DNA of 64,000 nucleotides from Candidatus Poribacteria bacterium (GCA_965208675.1 OZ242351.1:3968001-4032000); one strand, 5' to 3'; shown: positions 49,400-59,703, numbered from the stretch's first letter. Translations and numbers: made by a program. The notes: a model not told the origin generated them from the letters alone.

Positions 49400-50560
49400 C
49401 TATTTCTCCAGTGGCGCTGCCTCTTCATTGTCAGCGGTTTCTATAGGGCGGTAAACAACCTGAAAGACTTGGATGGAGTTTGTCCCAATATCGCTGACAA
49501 AAATGCGGCTGTCCCGCGAGATTGCAATTCCCGTGGGTTCGACAAGCTCATCACTGGTAAACGCCATTACGGGTTGACCATCTCCTTTGAAAATCTGTAC
49601 CCGCCGATTACCGCCGTCAATCACATAAAGGTAGTTCCAGCGGTCAAGTGCAATATGGCTCGGCTCTCGAAATTGGCCGAGTGCATCGCCTTCAATTCCC
49701 CACATCTGGACAAGGTTGCCGCTGAAGTCATATTTTTTGATGCGATTATTGCCCGAATCCACAATGTATACATTTCCGCGAGTATCAACAACCAGATCGA
49801 TTGGGTCGCGGAATTGCTCCATTGCCCTGCCAAACTCACCGCGAATCATAGCGGGCAATCCGTCTGTGTCGAACTGGATAAAACGGTGATTTCCAGTATC
49901 GGTTGTATAAACTTCTCCGTTTCGTCCGATGCTAACCCCTTCAGGCAAATCTAGTTCGATTGCTCGATTTGCCTCACCCTCCCTTAGGTCATAATTCAAG
50001 CCGCTTCCAACAACGATACGGAAAATTCGATCCACTAGGTTGCAATACTGGACACGGCTATTACCGGTATCCGCAACATAGAGCAGTTCGGTCCGCTGAA
50101 AGTTAATAGCCACATCCGTAGGTGTATCAAATTCACCGGTTCGCCAGCCGTGCCTGCCGTATTCCGCAATGAAATTCCCGTCTGTGCCAACTACCTGAAT
50201 GCGGTTGTTGCCTGAATCTGCAACGTAGAGTTGTCCGCGATGGTCTAAATCTAATCCAACGGGACGCAGAAATTGTCCAGCACCCTGTCCTGGACGTCCA
50301 ATCGATTCAACATAGTTCACGCCCAAGATGGTTGGTGCGGGGAGATTGTGAATGGAGGAAATAACCTTTGGGGGGGCGGCTTTCAGCGGCGTCTTGTTGT
50401 TCCCTGGCTCAACGGTCTTACCGTGCGGATCGTGTCGAACCGCAGAACAGCCCAAATTGAAGGAGAGCGCAAATGCAGTGAGTAGGAAAAGCCAATGCGT
50501 GCAGTTTTGAGTCGCTCTAGATGATTGCACCCGGTTGATTCGACCTACAAAGTGCAACAT
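49400..50560 (-). CDS. NHL-repeat beta-propeller lipoprotein
   Basis: NLGC lipobox; repeats of GQF..P..LYVADSGNNRIQ. Confidence 0.88.
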   Translation of the reverse strand: MLHFVGRINRVQSSRATQNCTHWLFLLTAFALSFNLGCSAVRHDPHGKTVEPGNNKTPLKAAPPKVISSIHNLPAPTILGVNYVESIGRPGQGAGQFLRPVGLDLDHRGQLYVADSGNNRIQVVGTDGNFIAEYGRHGWRTGEFDTPTDVAINFQRTELLYVADTGNSRVQYCNLVDRIFRIVVGSGLNYDLREGEANRAIELDLPEGVSIGRNGEVYTTDTGNHRFIQFDTDGLPAMIRGEFGRAMEQFRDPIDLVVDTRGNVYIVDSGNNRIKKYDFSGNLVQMWGIEGDALGQFREPSHIALDRWNYLYVIDGGNRRVQIFKGDGQPVMAFTSDELVEPTGIAISRDSRIFVSDIGTNSIQVFQVVYRPIETADNEEAAPLEK

Positions 50561-50563
50561 CGC

Positions 50564-51181
50564 CTAGCCTTTATGTGTTTGGAATTTGAAAACAAACGTC
50601 GATTCTGTATCGTCGAACTCGGTTCGCACTTTGGGAACGATGACGCGGAGGTGCGACGATTTGATGCTTCGTTTGCGAAAATACAGAAAGAACTGCGTGC
50701 GGCGTTTCGGCATCACCGTTGTTTTCTCAATATCCTCGCGCGGCAAAACGGCGTGATCGCCCTGTATCTGGAGCGCCGGATTCCATCGAAACACATCAGC
50801 CCCAAATTCCGGCGGCAGCTTGGGTCTAAAATTCTTGCCGAGGTAAAACGTCTCCTGAGATTTATCAATCGGTCGGGTTTTATCGCCCGCCTGATCTAGC
50901 ATCCAGCAATCCTTTTTCTTGAACGAGATAAAGTGGTCCGTATTGTTATAGATTAAAACGCCAAAAGCATCAACGGCTTTTACGTCGTTTAGCGGTACTG
51001 CCATCGCTGTAATACCGTTCTTTTCATAAATAACGGTCCCCGACTGAGGCAAGATAGTTGCTTCAGGGTCAAATACGGGAATTATCCGGACCGTCTGAAG
51101 TGCCGAACAGCCCAGTTGAATATATAAAGTCAAGATGAAAATCATCTTGATGCAAATTTGGAGAAATCCGTTCATTTTCAT
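50564..51181 (-). CDS. Hypothetical lipoprotein
   Basis: QLGC lipobox; GGAG RBS. Confidence 0.7.
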   Translation of the reverse strand: MKMNGFLQICIKMIFILTLYIQLGCSALQTVRIIPVFDPEATILPQSGTVIYEKNGITAMAVPLNDVKAVDAFGVLIYNNTDHFISFKKKDCWMLDQAGDKTRPIDKSQETFYLGKNFRPKLPPEFGADVFRWNPALQIQGDHAVLPREDIEKTTVMPKRRTQFFLYFRKRSIKSSHLRVIVPKVRTEFDDTESTFVFKFQTHKG

Positions 51182-51313
51182 TCATGCTCCTATAGGGTAA
51201 CGCACTAGCAAGTTAAGGTTGATGCATCAATAAGTTCCGTAGATTTCAAAAACCCTTTGGATTCTCGATCCGGCAAATTTTGAAGGAATTGGAAATACAT
51301 ACGCAAGGACGAA

Positions 51314-52138
51314 TTATGAATTCGAGTGAATTATTTTTGCTGTTGCTTTTCGTCCAACTGTCTGCCTGTCGGCGAAAAAGGACAGCAATTTTCCCAATAA
51401 CGCAGGTAACTCTTGGCGCTGGGCGTTCAAATCTATGAGCACATCTGATTGCGGCGAGTCTGAAAGATGGGGAATTCCGTCGCCCCTGTGCGAAACCTTT
51501 TTCTGCTCCGATACAACGAGATCGCCGAGAGGGAATCGTGTTGAGAATCCGCCGGTTACATCTATATCTGTTAAGGCTGTAATCTGTGGGAGACGTGCTT
51601 GTGATAAGCCATCCAGCTCGATTTTCAGATGTGTAATTTCAGCGGGAGTCAGTTCGGATTGCTTCGGCTCATCTGACTTCCGCTTAGAAAGACCGTCGCT
51701 TGGATAAACGGTTATAAGTGGGAGATTTTTTTGCAATGACGCGCGGATGCACGTGAGCAGCGTGACAAAGTGGCAGCGTTGAGGAATGGAATACGGATGC
51801 ACGGCAGTTACAATAACCGGTTTCCCCGAAATTGTGCCTTCACCTGCAGCGATCAACTGGCCATGCCCATCCGGAAATGTCGTATGCGAGACGAAATCCA
51901 TAAGTTCAAGCGATTCCAAAAGCGTTTCGGGTGCCGATGGCGGGTAGAGATTTATCAGCGGCTCCGTATCAAATAGGTGGCGCAGACGCTCCTCCGCAGG
52001 CATCGGCGAATAATGGTCGCAGTGGGGGCAAGCGTAGAAATTGCGCTTTAATACCTGATTAAACACCGGTTCATCACACTGCGGGCACTTCTTCCACAAT
52101 GCATCGCGTCTTTCTGTGTAGTGCGTTATGTCAGTCAC
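51314..52138 (-). CDS. Degenerate AccD-like (carboxyltransferase beta) Zn-finger protein
   Basis: LWKKCPQC..CPHCDHY Zn finger, GTISGKPV, LPQITALTD..TGG, LGDLVVSE; lacks MGGSMG, SGGARMQE and FAGPRV. Confidence 0.65.
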   Translation of the reverse strand: MTDITHYTERRDALWKKCPQCDEPVFNQVLKRNFYACPHCDHYSPMPAEERLRHLFDTEPLINLYPPSAPETLLESLELMDFVSHTTFPDGHGQLIAAGEGTISGKPVIVTAVHPYSIPQRCHFVTLLTCIRASLQKNLPLITVYPSDGLSKRKSDEPKQSELTPAEITHLKIELDGLSQARLPQITALTDIDVTGGFSTRFPLGDLVVSEQKKVSHRGDGIPHLSDSPQSDVLIDLNAQRQELPALLGKLLSFFADRQTVGRKATAKIIHSNS

Positions 52139-52174
52139 AACCTTACTCCGCGAGAGTGTGGAAATTCTAATTCA

Positions 52175-52516
52175 TTAAAAACTAGCTACAGCCTCATCTT
52201 CATTGTCGTACCGATCGAAGATTGTCATCAGTTTCGCCATGACAATTAAATTCTTAATGTTCCCGCCAACATTGAGCAGTGCAATTCGTCCGCCGTTCCG
52301 CTGAATTGATGTATAGGCGGCAACAATGACGCCGAGACCAAAGCTATCCACAATACGCACGCGTTCGAGATTCAACACAATTTTCGCTATGTTGCCCGCG
52401 GCAATTTCGATGTGTTCATCAATTGCGCGCTTGAGGTCCAGACTGTCGGATCCGGCGATTCTTCCCGCAATATCCAAAATAGTAACGTCATCTCTCTTAC
52501 GAACCACAATCTCCAT
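52175..52516 (-). CDS. STAS anti-sigma-factor antagonist (RsbV/SpoIIAA-like)
   Basis: VLNLERVRIVDSFGLG. Confidence 0.9.
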   Translation of the reverse strand: MEIVVRKRDDVTILDIAGRIAGSDSLDLKRAIDEHIEIAAGNIAKIVLNLERVRIVDSFGLGVIVAAYTSIQRNGGRIALLNVGGNIKNLIVMAKLMTIFDRYDNEDEAVASF

Positions 52517-52685
52517 CCGAACCTCCGTGTTGTGCCATCTCAGTAACGGGTATCCGAAATTTGCGTATTACGCACCAAATTTAGGTGGGTGCAACCGTAC
52601 GGGTTAGCTGTGCGCCCAAAGCGTAGGTTTAGCCGTTGAAGCTCGCAGTCGGATTGACACGTCTTACGCCAAACCGGCGTTAGGT

Positions 52686-53126
52686 CTACTTCTGTTTGTT
52701 GCTCGGCGATTTCTTGTACTTCACCATCCTTACCGTTGTCCCTGGAGCCTCATAGGTAACTGTGTCCATACAGGTTTCCATCAGAAATATTCCTCTACCG
52801 CTGCTCTTCAACAAATTTTCCGGATTCAACGGATTCTCTACGCTATTCCGATCGAACCCGGCGCCCCCATCCTGAACAACAACCGTGAGCTTGTCTTGAT
52901 TGAGGATGAACTCAAAACGAGCCCGTTTGTTTACATCCTCCTTATTCCCATGTTTAATCGCGTTTGTACCTGCCTCAATCACCGCCAAATTAACCTGTTC
53001 CCTCGATTCATCATCGAATCCCATCTCTTTGAGAATTTGAGAGATTACCGAGTCCAGAACATATACGAGCTGCATTGAACTCGGTATATCAAGGCTAATG
53101 ACGTGCCCTTCGGGCGTCCGGTCCAC
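52686..53126 (-). CDS. Anti-sigma factor Ser kinase (RsbW/SpoIIAB-like)
   Basis: EAGTNAIKHGN, DGGAGFD, GRGIFLM. Confidence 0.92.
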   Translation of the reverse strand: MDRTPEGHVISLDIPSSMQLVYVLDSVISQILKEMGFDDESREQVNLAVIEAGTNAIKHGNKEDVNKRARFEFILNQDKLTVVVQDGGAGFDRNSVENPLNPENLLKSSGRGIFLMETCMDTVTYEAPGTTVRMVKYKKSPSNKQK

Positions 53127-53130
53127 TTCC

Positions 53131-54336
53131 CTACTTCTCCCCGTGCTTGACTTTTATGGCGACAATCGTAAGGTCGTCATTCCGATGATTCTGCTTTCCA
53201 CTGAACCTCAAGAGATCCGCCTCGATTGCATCGCAAAGCATTTGAGCGGATAAATGCTTGTTGGTGTCAATACATTCAATGAGTTTTTCTTCACCGTACA
53301 GTATACCATCGTCCTCTCGCTCTGTTTCTGTAGCGCCGTCTGTGTATAGAAGCATTCCGTCCCCCGGCGCGAAATGAATTGTCTTAGATTGAAAAGTCGC
53401 AAAATCGAAACTGCCGAGTATCATGCCGCCGGCTTTCAGCGAAGTGATTGTGCTGCCTTCATTTTTCAAATATAAGGGGTAACAGTGCCCCGCATTTGAA
53501 TAGGTGAACGTCATAGATTCCGTATCTAAAATCCCATAAATCATCGTCGCAAATAGGTCTGGATCGGTATCCGCGAAAAGCAAATCGTTAATTCGCTTTA
53601 GCGCCGCAGATGGCGAAGATTCTTCGCGGCATACCAGCCGCAAAGCAGTTCGAATCATAACCATGAGTAAAGCTGCCGGAATGCCCTTGCCGCGGACATC
53701 CGCGATGGCGATACCCAGGTGATTTTCCGTCAAAGGGATAAAGTCGTAAAAATCACCCGATATTGTCATCGAACTCCGCAGTACGCCAGCGATATCATAT
53801 CCCGGTAAATCGGGAGATTTTTGCGGCAGCAACTTTTGTTGGATTATCGCTGCTGTCTTGAGATGAAATGCCAACTGTTCCACGCCGGATTCGCTAAACT
53901 GATCGCCCATCGCGCCTATTAGAGGATTAATATATTTCGTCGGGCGGGTTCTGCCGAGAACGGCTTCTACTCGCGCCGTGAGCTCATCAAGCTGAAAAGG
54001 TTTGGTGATATAATCGTCCGCCCCGGATCGTAAGCCTTGAATTTTTTCATGGGTTTGTGCCTTTGCAGTGAGCATGATGACAGGGATTGTACGGGTTGCC
54101 GCATCCGACTTGAGTCTTTCGATTACCTCAAAGCCGTCAATCTCCGGCATCATGAGATCCAGTAGAATGAGGTCCGGCGCGTGATCTTTTGCGCTTTCCA
54201 ACGCACCGCGTCCGTCGGACGCAGTTATGACGTCGAACCCGTCGGCTGTCAAGCTCGCCTCGACCAATTCGAGGATGTCTATATCATCATCTACGGCTAA
54301 AATCGTCTCAGCCATTAACTTTATGCTCCTGCTCAT
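53131..54336 (-). CDS. Receiver domain plus PP2C/SpoIIE phosphatase (RsbU/RsbP-like)
   Basis: AVDDD..LLDLMMP..TKPF receiver; SGDFYD, IADVRGKG, NAGH, YTDG, DDLT. Confidence 0.93.
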   Translation of the reverse strand: MSRSIKLMAETILAVDDDIDILELVEASLTADGFDVITASDGRGALESAKDHAPDLILLDLMMPEIDGFEVIERLKSDAATRTIPVIMLTAKAQTHEKIQGLRSGADDYITKPFQLDELTARVEAVLGRTRPTKYINPLIGAMGDQFSESGVEQLAFHLKTAAIIQQKLLPQKSPDLPGYDIAGVLRSSMTISGDFYDFIPLTENHLGIAIADVRGKGIPAALLMVMIRTALRLVCREESSPSAALKRINDLLFADTDPDLFATMIYGILDTESMTFTYSNAGHCYPLYLKNEGSTITSLKAGGMILGSFDFATFQSKTIHFAPGDGMLLYTDGATETEREDDGILYGEEKLIECIDTNKHLSAQMLCDAIEADLLRFSGKQNHRNDDLTIVAIKVKHGEK

Positions 54337-56647
54337 CGACTTCCGTCAATTTATGCGTGATGGGACTCGACAAAGGCAGTACAAACTGAAAATTGCTGCC
54401 TTTCCCCTGATCACCTGCATCAACCCATAGCCTTCCGCCGTGCGCTTCAACAATGGATTTTGTGATGGATAGCCCCAAACCAGACCCGCCTTTCTGGCGT
54501 GTGTGAATATCGCTCCGCTGATAAAACTTTTCGAATATTTTCTGGCGTTCTTCAACTGGAATGCCTGGTCCTGTATCAATAACTTCAACATGAAGTAGGT
54601 TGCCGTCGACTTCGATCTTGACGGTGACTTCTCCGTTGTCGGGCGTAAATTTGATAGCATTGCCAATGAGGTTTGTAAATGCCTGACCCATCCGCGCCTC
54701 ATCACCTATAATTGCTGGAAGAGAATCGGGGCTGACAAAATTCAATTGGATAGCCTTCGCATCAGCTTGCGGTCGAATTTCTTCAATCCGATGATTGGCA
54801 ATCTCAAAGAGCATGATTGGCTCTTGGTTCATCTGGATACGGCCGGATTCAATCCGAGAAACATCAAGCAAGTCGTTAATGAGTGCTGCCAGCCGCTTCG
54901 ATTGGCGGTGCACGCGAATAAGGCTGTTCTGTTGTTTTTCATTGATAGGCCCCGTTTTACCGTCAAGAATAAAGGATACGAAACCGATGATAGAGGTCAA
55001 CGGCGTCCGCAGCTCATGGGAGACCAGAGAGATAAAGTCCGATTTCATCTGATCGATTTCCTTTTCTCGCGTAATGTCATCAAAAACATAAACAATGCCA
55101 AGCGAGAAACCGTTTTCGTCCAGGAACGGACTGGCGACCACGCGAACAACCCTTTGCTCGCCGCCATGGCCCACGTTCACTTCAGAAATGGCCGCGTTAT
55201 CCTGCGAAATCTGGGACTGGCTGTCCTTGATTACTTGTGTAAGTTCCACATCCCTGATTATTTGGGTGAAATCTTCACCAATCTGATTCACGCTCACGTT
55301 TAGTAGAAATTCAGCAGCGGGATTGATATGAAGCACACGATTGTCGCCATCTACAAGAATCAGCCCTTCTGCCAGGCTGTTCACGATGGCGGACATCTTT
55401 TTCTCCTCTTCTGTCAATTTCCCGACGGCAGTTTCGAGATGCTTGCGCATTGAATTGAATTCCTGCGCTAGAACTCCCACCTCGTTGCTGCTGGTGACGG
55501 GTATCTTTTGATTAAAATCACCCTGCCCCATGGCGCGCGCCGCCCTCGCTACCCGCATAATTGGCGTCACTATACGTTGCGAGACTATCAATGCTATAAT
55601 CACAACCACGATGCATGAAACGATTGTGAAAGTCAAGATGCGGCGCGTGAGTTTTGTGATTTCCGGAAAGGCTAGCCGTTCGGGTTGTGAAACCAAAATT
55701 GCCAAGTCAATAAATTTTAAACTGCCGCTGCCAGATGTGTCTTCCCGTGGGGTGCGCGCCCAAGCATAGACTTTTTTTTCGCCTTGACTGTTCCGTTCGC
55801 CCTCCATCTCATAACCATGGTCTTCTGCGCCGGCATTAATGAAATCGAAAACGGCATTGCTAAATTCTATATGATCCGAGAAGCCATATCCACTTTCCGG
55901 CGCAGCCGCAATTACTCGTCCATGTTCATTTATGATGAACGTTTCGATTCCCTCAAAGATTTTATCTGCTTCGGACGATGATTTAACCATTTCTGAAAGT
56001 ACAGGGATTGTGATGTTGGCTCTGAGGACGCCAACTATTTTTGAACTTGGGTTCTCAGACCTGCGGATAGGCAAAGCCACCGTCAGAATGTGGCGCTTTT
56101 CGACCTCGTCGAATTGAAGGTCCTCAATGTAATCATAGCCAAATCCATTATTATAAGCTTTGTGCCACCACTCGTCATTGATTTGCCGCCCCGATGGCTT
56201 CTCAGCTGTCGAGATAACTATTTGCCGATGCAGGTTCGTAATTGTAATTTCGCTGTCTGGCCCGGCGTGTCCTTCAAACTGCGTTATACTATTCCGCAAT
56301 GTGGAATTAACGCGGCGTAGCGTGGAGAGTCTTGAAGGCTTTGACAATGCGTCTCCGTTTGCTTGGGCGACTTTTTCGCATATCGCCGGCATATGGTTTT
56401 TTATGTTTTCTACGCGGCTCTGGATGCTTAAATGCGCATGATTAAGTTTTCCCTTTGCAAATCTTACTAAGCTTTCAGCAATTGTATTCTTTAGCGCAAT
56501 CTTACCGTCCCGATTCACCAGAAAGGAAAATAACAGTAGAGGTGCTAGTGAAACGAGCAGAAAAAGTAGTACAAGCTGTCCACGCAAGCCCGTTTTGAGA
56601 TAAAGAGATTTCATGGTCAGTTGATGATTGCTATCCGTCCGAATCAA
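54308..56647 (-). CDS. Membrane sensor histidine kinase (Cache-HAMP-PAS-HisKA-HATPase)
   Basis: Two TMs, NEVGVLAQEFN, INPAAE, SHELRTPL, NAIKF, DTGPG, GSGLGL. Confidence 0.94.
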   Translation of the reverse strand: MIRTDSNHQLTMKSLYLKTGLRGQLVLLFLLVSLAPLLLFSFLVNRDGKIALKNTIAESLVRFAKGKLNHAHLSIQSRVENIKNHMPAICEKVAQANGDALSKPSRLSTLRRVNSTLRNSITQFEGHAGPDSEITITNLHRQIVISTAEKPSGRQINDEWWHKAYNNGFGYDYIEDLQFDEVEKRHILTVALPIRRSENPSSKIVGVLRANITIPVLSEMVKSSSEADKIFEGIETFIINEHGRVIAAAPESGYGFSDHIEFSNAVFDFINAGAEDHGYEMEGERNSQGEKKVYAWARTPREDTSGSGSLKFIDLAILVSQPERLAFPEITKLTRRILTFTIVSCIVVVIIALIVSQRIVTPIMRVARAARAMGQGDFNQKIPVTSSNEVGVLAQEFNSMRKHLETAVGKLTEEEKKMSAIVNSLAEGLILVDGDNRVLHINPAAEFLLNVSVNQIGEDFTQIIRDVELTQVIKDSQSQISQDNAAISEVNVGHGGEQRVVRVVASPFLDENGFSLGIVYVFDDITREKEIDQMKSDFISLVSHELRTPLTSIIGFVSFILDGKTGPINEKQQNSLIRVHRQSKRLAALINDLLDVSRIESGRIQMNQEPIMLFEIANHRIEEIRPQADAKAIQLNFVSPDSLPAIIGDEARMGQAFTNLIGNAIKFTPDNGEVTVKIEVDGNLLHVEVIDTGPGIPVEERQKIFEKFYQRSDIHTRQKGGSGLGLSITKSIVEAHGGRLWVDAGDQGKGSNFQFVLPLSSPITHKLTEVDEQEHKVNG

Positions 56648-56975
56648 ACGCGTTTATTGCAGATTCTTCATCCATGTAAATTTCGAGAATGGTATTTAGC
56701 CGTGTAACCTGCAAGACATTCATAACAGCTTTTTGTGGGTTCAGTAAGACAAGCATGCCGCCCTGCTTTTTGAGAAACTGCAAGATGGCTATAATCATTC
56801 CAAGCGCGGAGCTATCAAGCAAAGGAACGTTCGTCAGGTCTAGAATCAATCGCCCTTCGCTCTTCTCAATCTGCTTATCCATTTCGCGGCGAAGTGCATG
56901 TGCAGCATTTCCAAGGATTTTGCCCTCCACGCGAAGAATGGGAATGTTGTGTTTACTGATGGTTGTCTCAAACAT
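56631..56975 (-). CDS. STAS anti-sigma-factor antagonist
   Basis: LDLTNVPLLDSSALG. Confidence 0.9.
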   Translation of the reverse strand: MFETTISKHNIPILRVEGKILGNAAHALRREMDKQIEKSEGRLILDLTNVPLLDSSALGMIIAILQFLKKQGGMLVLLNPQKAVMNVLQVTRLNTILEIYMDEESAINAFDSDG

Positions 56976-57680
56976 CTAATGAAACTCCTTAATCCTTCGT
57001 ATAGCGACGAATGTACGATTGAGTTCGTCAATTCGGCAGTTCACAATGGATTGGATGCCGCCGTTGAAGGACTGCAACTTAGATTTGGCGCTCCGAATTT
57101 CGGTTTCGACGTTACGCAGCTTATACGCAATCCAAGTCCCGTCTGGTTTTAGTAACGGCAGGCAGTAAACTAACGAGTCGGCTAGCGAAGCGACATAACG
57201 TGTAAGTACCCAATCATAAGCGTTAGCATGCTGGCTCATTTCACCACATTCTTCCGCACGCGCCACAATAACACAAATATCTTCCCAAGTTGCGGCGTCG
57301 TCAGATTGCGCATCTCTGCGGAGTTGAGCAATAAGGTAATGCAGGAAACTCACCTTCCTCAGTGAAGATTCAACTAGGACAAGCTGAAGCCCAGGCAAAA
57401 AAATTTTTAGCGGAACGCCCGGGAAGCCCGCACCTGTCCCAACATCAATCACTGAATCGCGCGGTTTGATAGGAAAATTGTGAAGCACACTCAACGAATC
57501 GAGGAAATGTTTAACAATAATTCCATAATCATCCCGAATCGATGTCAGATTTATTCGCGAATTCCAGCGTTTGAGTTCAGTCCAGTACGTGATATATTGA
57601 TTAATCTGTAATTCTGTTAGCGGGAAGCCGTGTTGGAGAAAGGTTTGCTTTAGCAGGATTCGGAAATCATCAGTATTCAC
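56976..57680 (-). CDS. rsmG: 16S rRNA m7G527 methyltransferase
   Basis: WNSRINLTS, HFLDS, DVGTGAGFPG; downstream of mnmG. Confidence 0.95.
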   Translation of the reverse strand: MNTDDFRILLKQTFLQHGFPLTELQINQYITYWTELKRWNSRINLTSIRDDYGIIVKHFLDSLSVLHNFPIKPRDSVIDVGTGAGFPGVPLKIFLPGLQLVLVESSLRKVSFLHYLIAQLRRDAQSDDAATWEDICVIVARAEECGEMSQHANAYDWVLTRYVASLADSLVYCLPLLKPDGTWIAYKLRNVETEIRSAKSKLQSFNGGIQSIVNCRIDELNRTFVAIRRIKEFH

Positions 57681-57728
57681 TGATTTATGAATTTCTGGGT
57701 ATTAGTTAAAATGTATTGGGGGCACTCG

Positions 57729-59621
57729 TTATGCGATTTTCGCCGTTTGGCTCCGCTGGTATTCCTTTATCCGCACCATCAGGATGGAAATATCCGCCGG
57801 TGAAACACCAGGAATGCGCGACGCCTGCCCGATGGATGCCGGGTGAATCTTAGCAAGTTTTTCTCGTGCTTCGGTTTTTATTCCGTGAACGTTTCCGTAA
57901 TCAATTTCGTCTGGAATCGGAAGATGCTCCAGCTTCTTGAACCGTTCAATCTGAAGCGTTTGACGGCGAATGTAACCATCATATTTTATCTGAATCTCCA
58001 CCTGTTTCTCTACCGCAGGTGGAAGCGGCCGGATCGGGAGCGAAAGTTGTTTTATCCCTTCATAACTCATTTCAGGGCGCTTCAGCAAATTAGCCAGAGA
58101 CGTGGGTTTATCTAACCCATCAATTCCGCACTGTTTCAATTTATCCAACGTCTGAAGGGTTGGGTTGAGAACTGTTTGGTTTATGCGTGCTAACTCCTCT
58201 CGAATGAGTAGTTTTTTTTGTTGGAATCGATTGTACGTGCTGTCATCGACAAGCCCAATTCGATGTCCGATTTCAGTCAGCCGCAAGTCGGCATTATCCT
58301 CACGTAGCGCTAGGCGGTATTCCGCACGGGAGGTGAACATGCGGTACGGTTCACGAATGTCCCTAGTAACGAGGTCATCAATGAGTACACCAATATATGC
58401 TTGAGAGCGATCGAGGACTAACGGTTCTTGGCCACGTACTTTTAAGGCGGCATTGATTCCAGACATCAGCCCCTGTGCAGCGGCCTCTTCGTATCCGGTA
58501 GTGCCATTCAGTTGTCCGGCAAAGAAAAGATTCTCCACACGCTTCGTTTCGAGGTTTGCATATATTTGCGTTGCAGGGGCAAAATCGTATTCCACAGCGT
58601 ATGCAAAACGCAAAATCTCTGTATTTTCCAGTCCTTTGATGCTGTGCACCATCTCAACCTGAACCGCTTCAGGCAAGCTGGCAGAAATTCCGTTCAAGTA
58701 GATTTCATCAGTATTTCTGCCTTCGGGTTCAACAAAAATCTGATGGCGGTCTTTGTCCGAAAAACGCACCACTTTATCTTCGATAGAAGGGCAGTATCGC
58801 GGTCCGATACCGACTATTCGCCCGCTGTACATCGCGGAACTGTTGATGTTGTCCCGAATGATTTGGTGTGTTTTCTCATTCGTATAGGTCAAGTGGCAAG
58901 GCATCTGTGGCTGAGCGATCTTTTCAGTTGAGAACGAAAATGGACGCGGCGGTTCGTCGCCCGGCTGAATCGCCATGACATCGAAATTCACGGTATCTTT
59001 TTTGACGCGGGGAGGCGTTCCAGTTTTTAGACGACTGATTTCAAAACCGAGTTTCAAGAAACTCTCTGATAACTTCTCCGCGGAGGATTCTCCGGCGCGG
59101 CCCGCACTGTAAGTCACTTCTCCGACGTGGACCAATCCCTTGAGAAATGTGCCTGTGGTCAGCACAACTGTTTTACCTAGAAAAGCAGTGTCGGTATGGC
59201 TTAGTATACCGATGCACTTTCCGTTTTCAGTCAACAACTCCTCCACCAATACCGGTTCAATATCGAGACGTACTTGTTTCTCCAACACCCGCCTCATCTC
59301 ATGCTGATAAGCCTCCTTGTCAGCCTGGGCGCGGCTTGAACGGACGGCGGGCCCTTTCTTCGTGTTCAACTGCCGGAATTGAATTCCCGTTTTATCGATA
59401 TTTTTTGCCATCTCGCCGCCAAGCGCATCAATCTCTTTTACCAGATGTCCTTTGGCAAGTCCGCCAATTGCCGGGTTGCAAGACATTTTGGCGATAGTAT
59501 CCAAGTTGATGGTGGCAATCAAAGTCTCGCAGCCCATTCTAGATGCCGCAAGTGCGGCTTCACAGCCGGCATGACCCGCACCGACAACGATTACGTCGTA
59601 TTGTTTAGGATAGACAATCAA
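57729..59621 (-). CDS. mnmG: tRNA uridine-5-carboxymethylaminomethyl(34) enzyme MnmG (GidA)
   Basis: GAGHAGCEAA, MSCNPAIGG, LKTGTPPR, GPRYCPSIEDK, NGTTGYEEAA. Confidence 0.98.
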   Translation of the reverse strand: MIVYPKQYDVIVVGAGHAGCEAALAASRMGCETLIATINLDTIAKMSCNPAIGGLAKGHLVKEIDALGGEMAKNIDKTGIQFRQLNTKKGPAVRSSRAQADKEAYQHEMRRVLEKQVRLDIEPVLVEELLTENGKCIGILSHTDTAFLGKTVVLTTGTFLKGLVHVGEVTYSAGRAGESSAEKLSESFLKLGFEISRLKTGTPPRVKKDTVNFDVMAIQPGDEPPRPFSFSTEKIAQPQMPCHLTYTNEKTHQIIRDNINSSAMYSGRIVGIGPRYCPSIEDKVVRFSDKDRHQIFVEPEGRNTDEIYLNGISASLPEAVQVEMVHSIKGLENTEILRFAYAVEYDFAPATQIYANLETKRVENLFFAGQLNGTTGYEEAAAQGLMSGINAALKVRGQEPLVLDRSQAYIGVLIDDLVTRDIREPYRMFTSRAEYRLALREDNADLRLTEIGHRIGLVDDSTYNRFQQKKLLIREELARINQTVLNPTLQTLDKLKQCGIDGLDKPTSLANLLKRPEMSYEGIKQLSLPIRPLPPAVEKQVEIQIKYDGYIRRQTLQIERFKKLEHLPIPDEIDYGNVHGIKTEAREKLAKIHPASIGQASRIPGVSPADISILMVRIKEYQRSQTAKIA

Positions 59622-59674
59622 TTATCTCACACCTCTCCAAGTGTTTCGTAGTATAGCTCCGACGGATTTTGCGC

Positions 59675-59703
59675 TTGTAATTTGTGCCGAGATATGTTAA
59701 GAT
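59675..59703 (+). promoter_or_regulatory. Putative tRNA promoter
   Basis: TTGTAA-17 nt-TAAGAT with extended TG. Confidence 0.55.
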
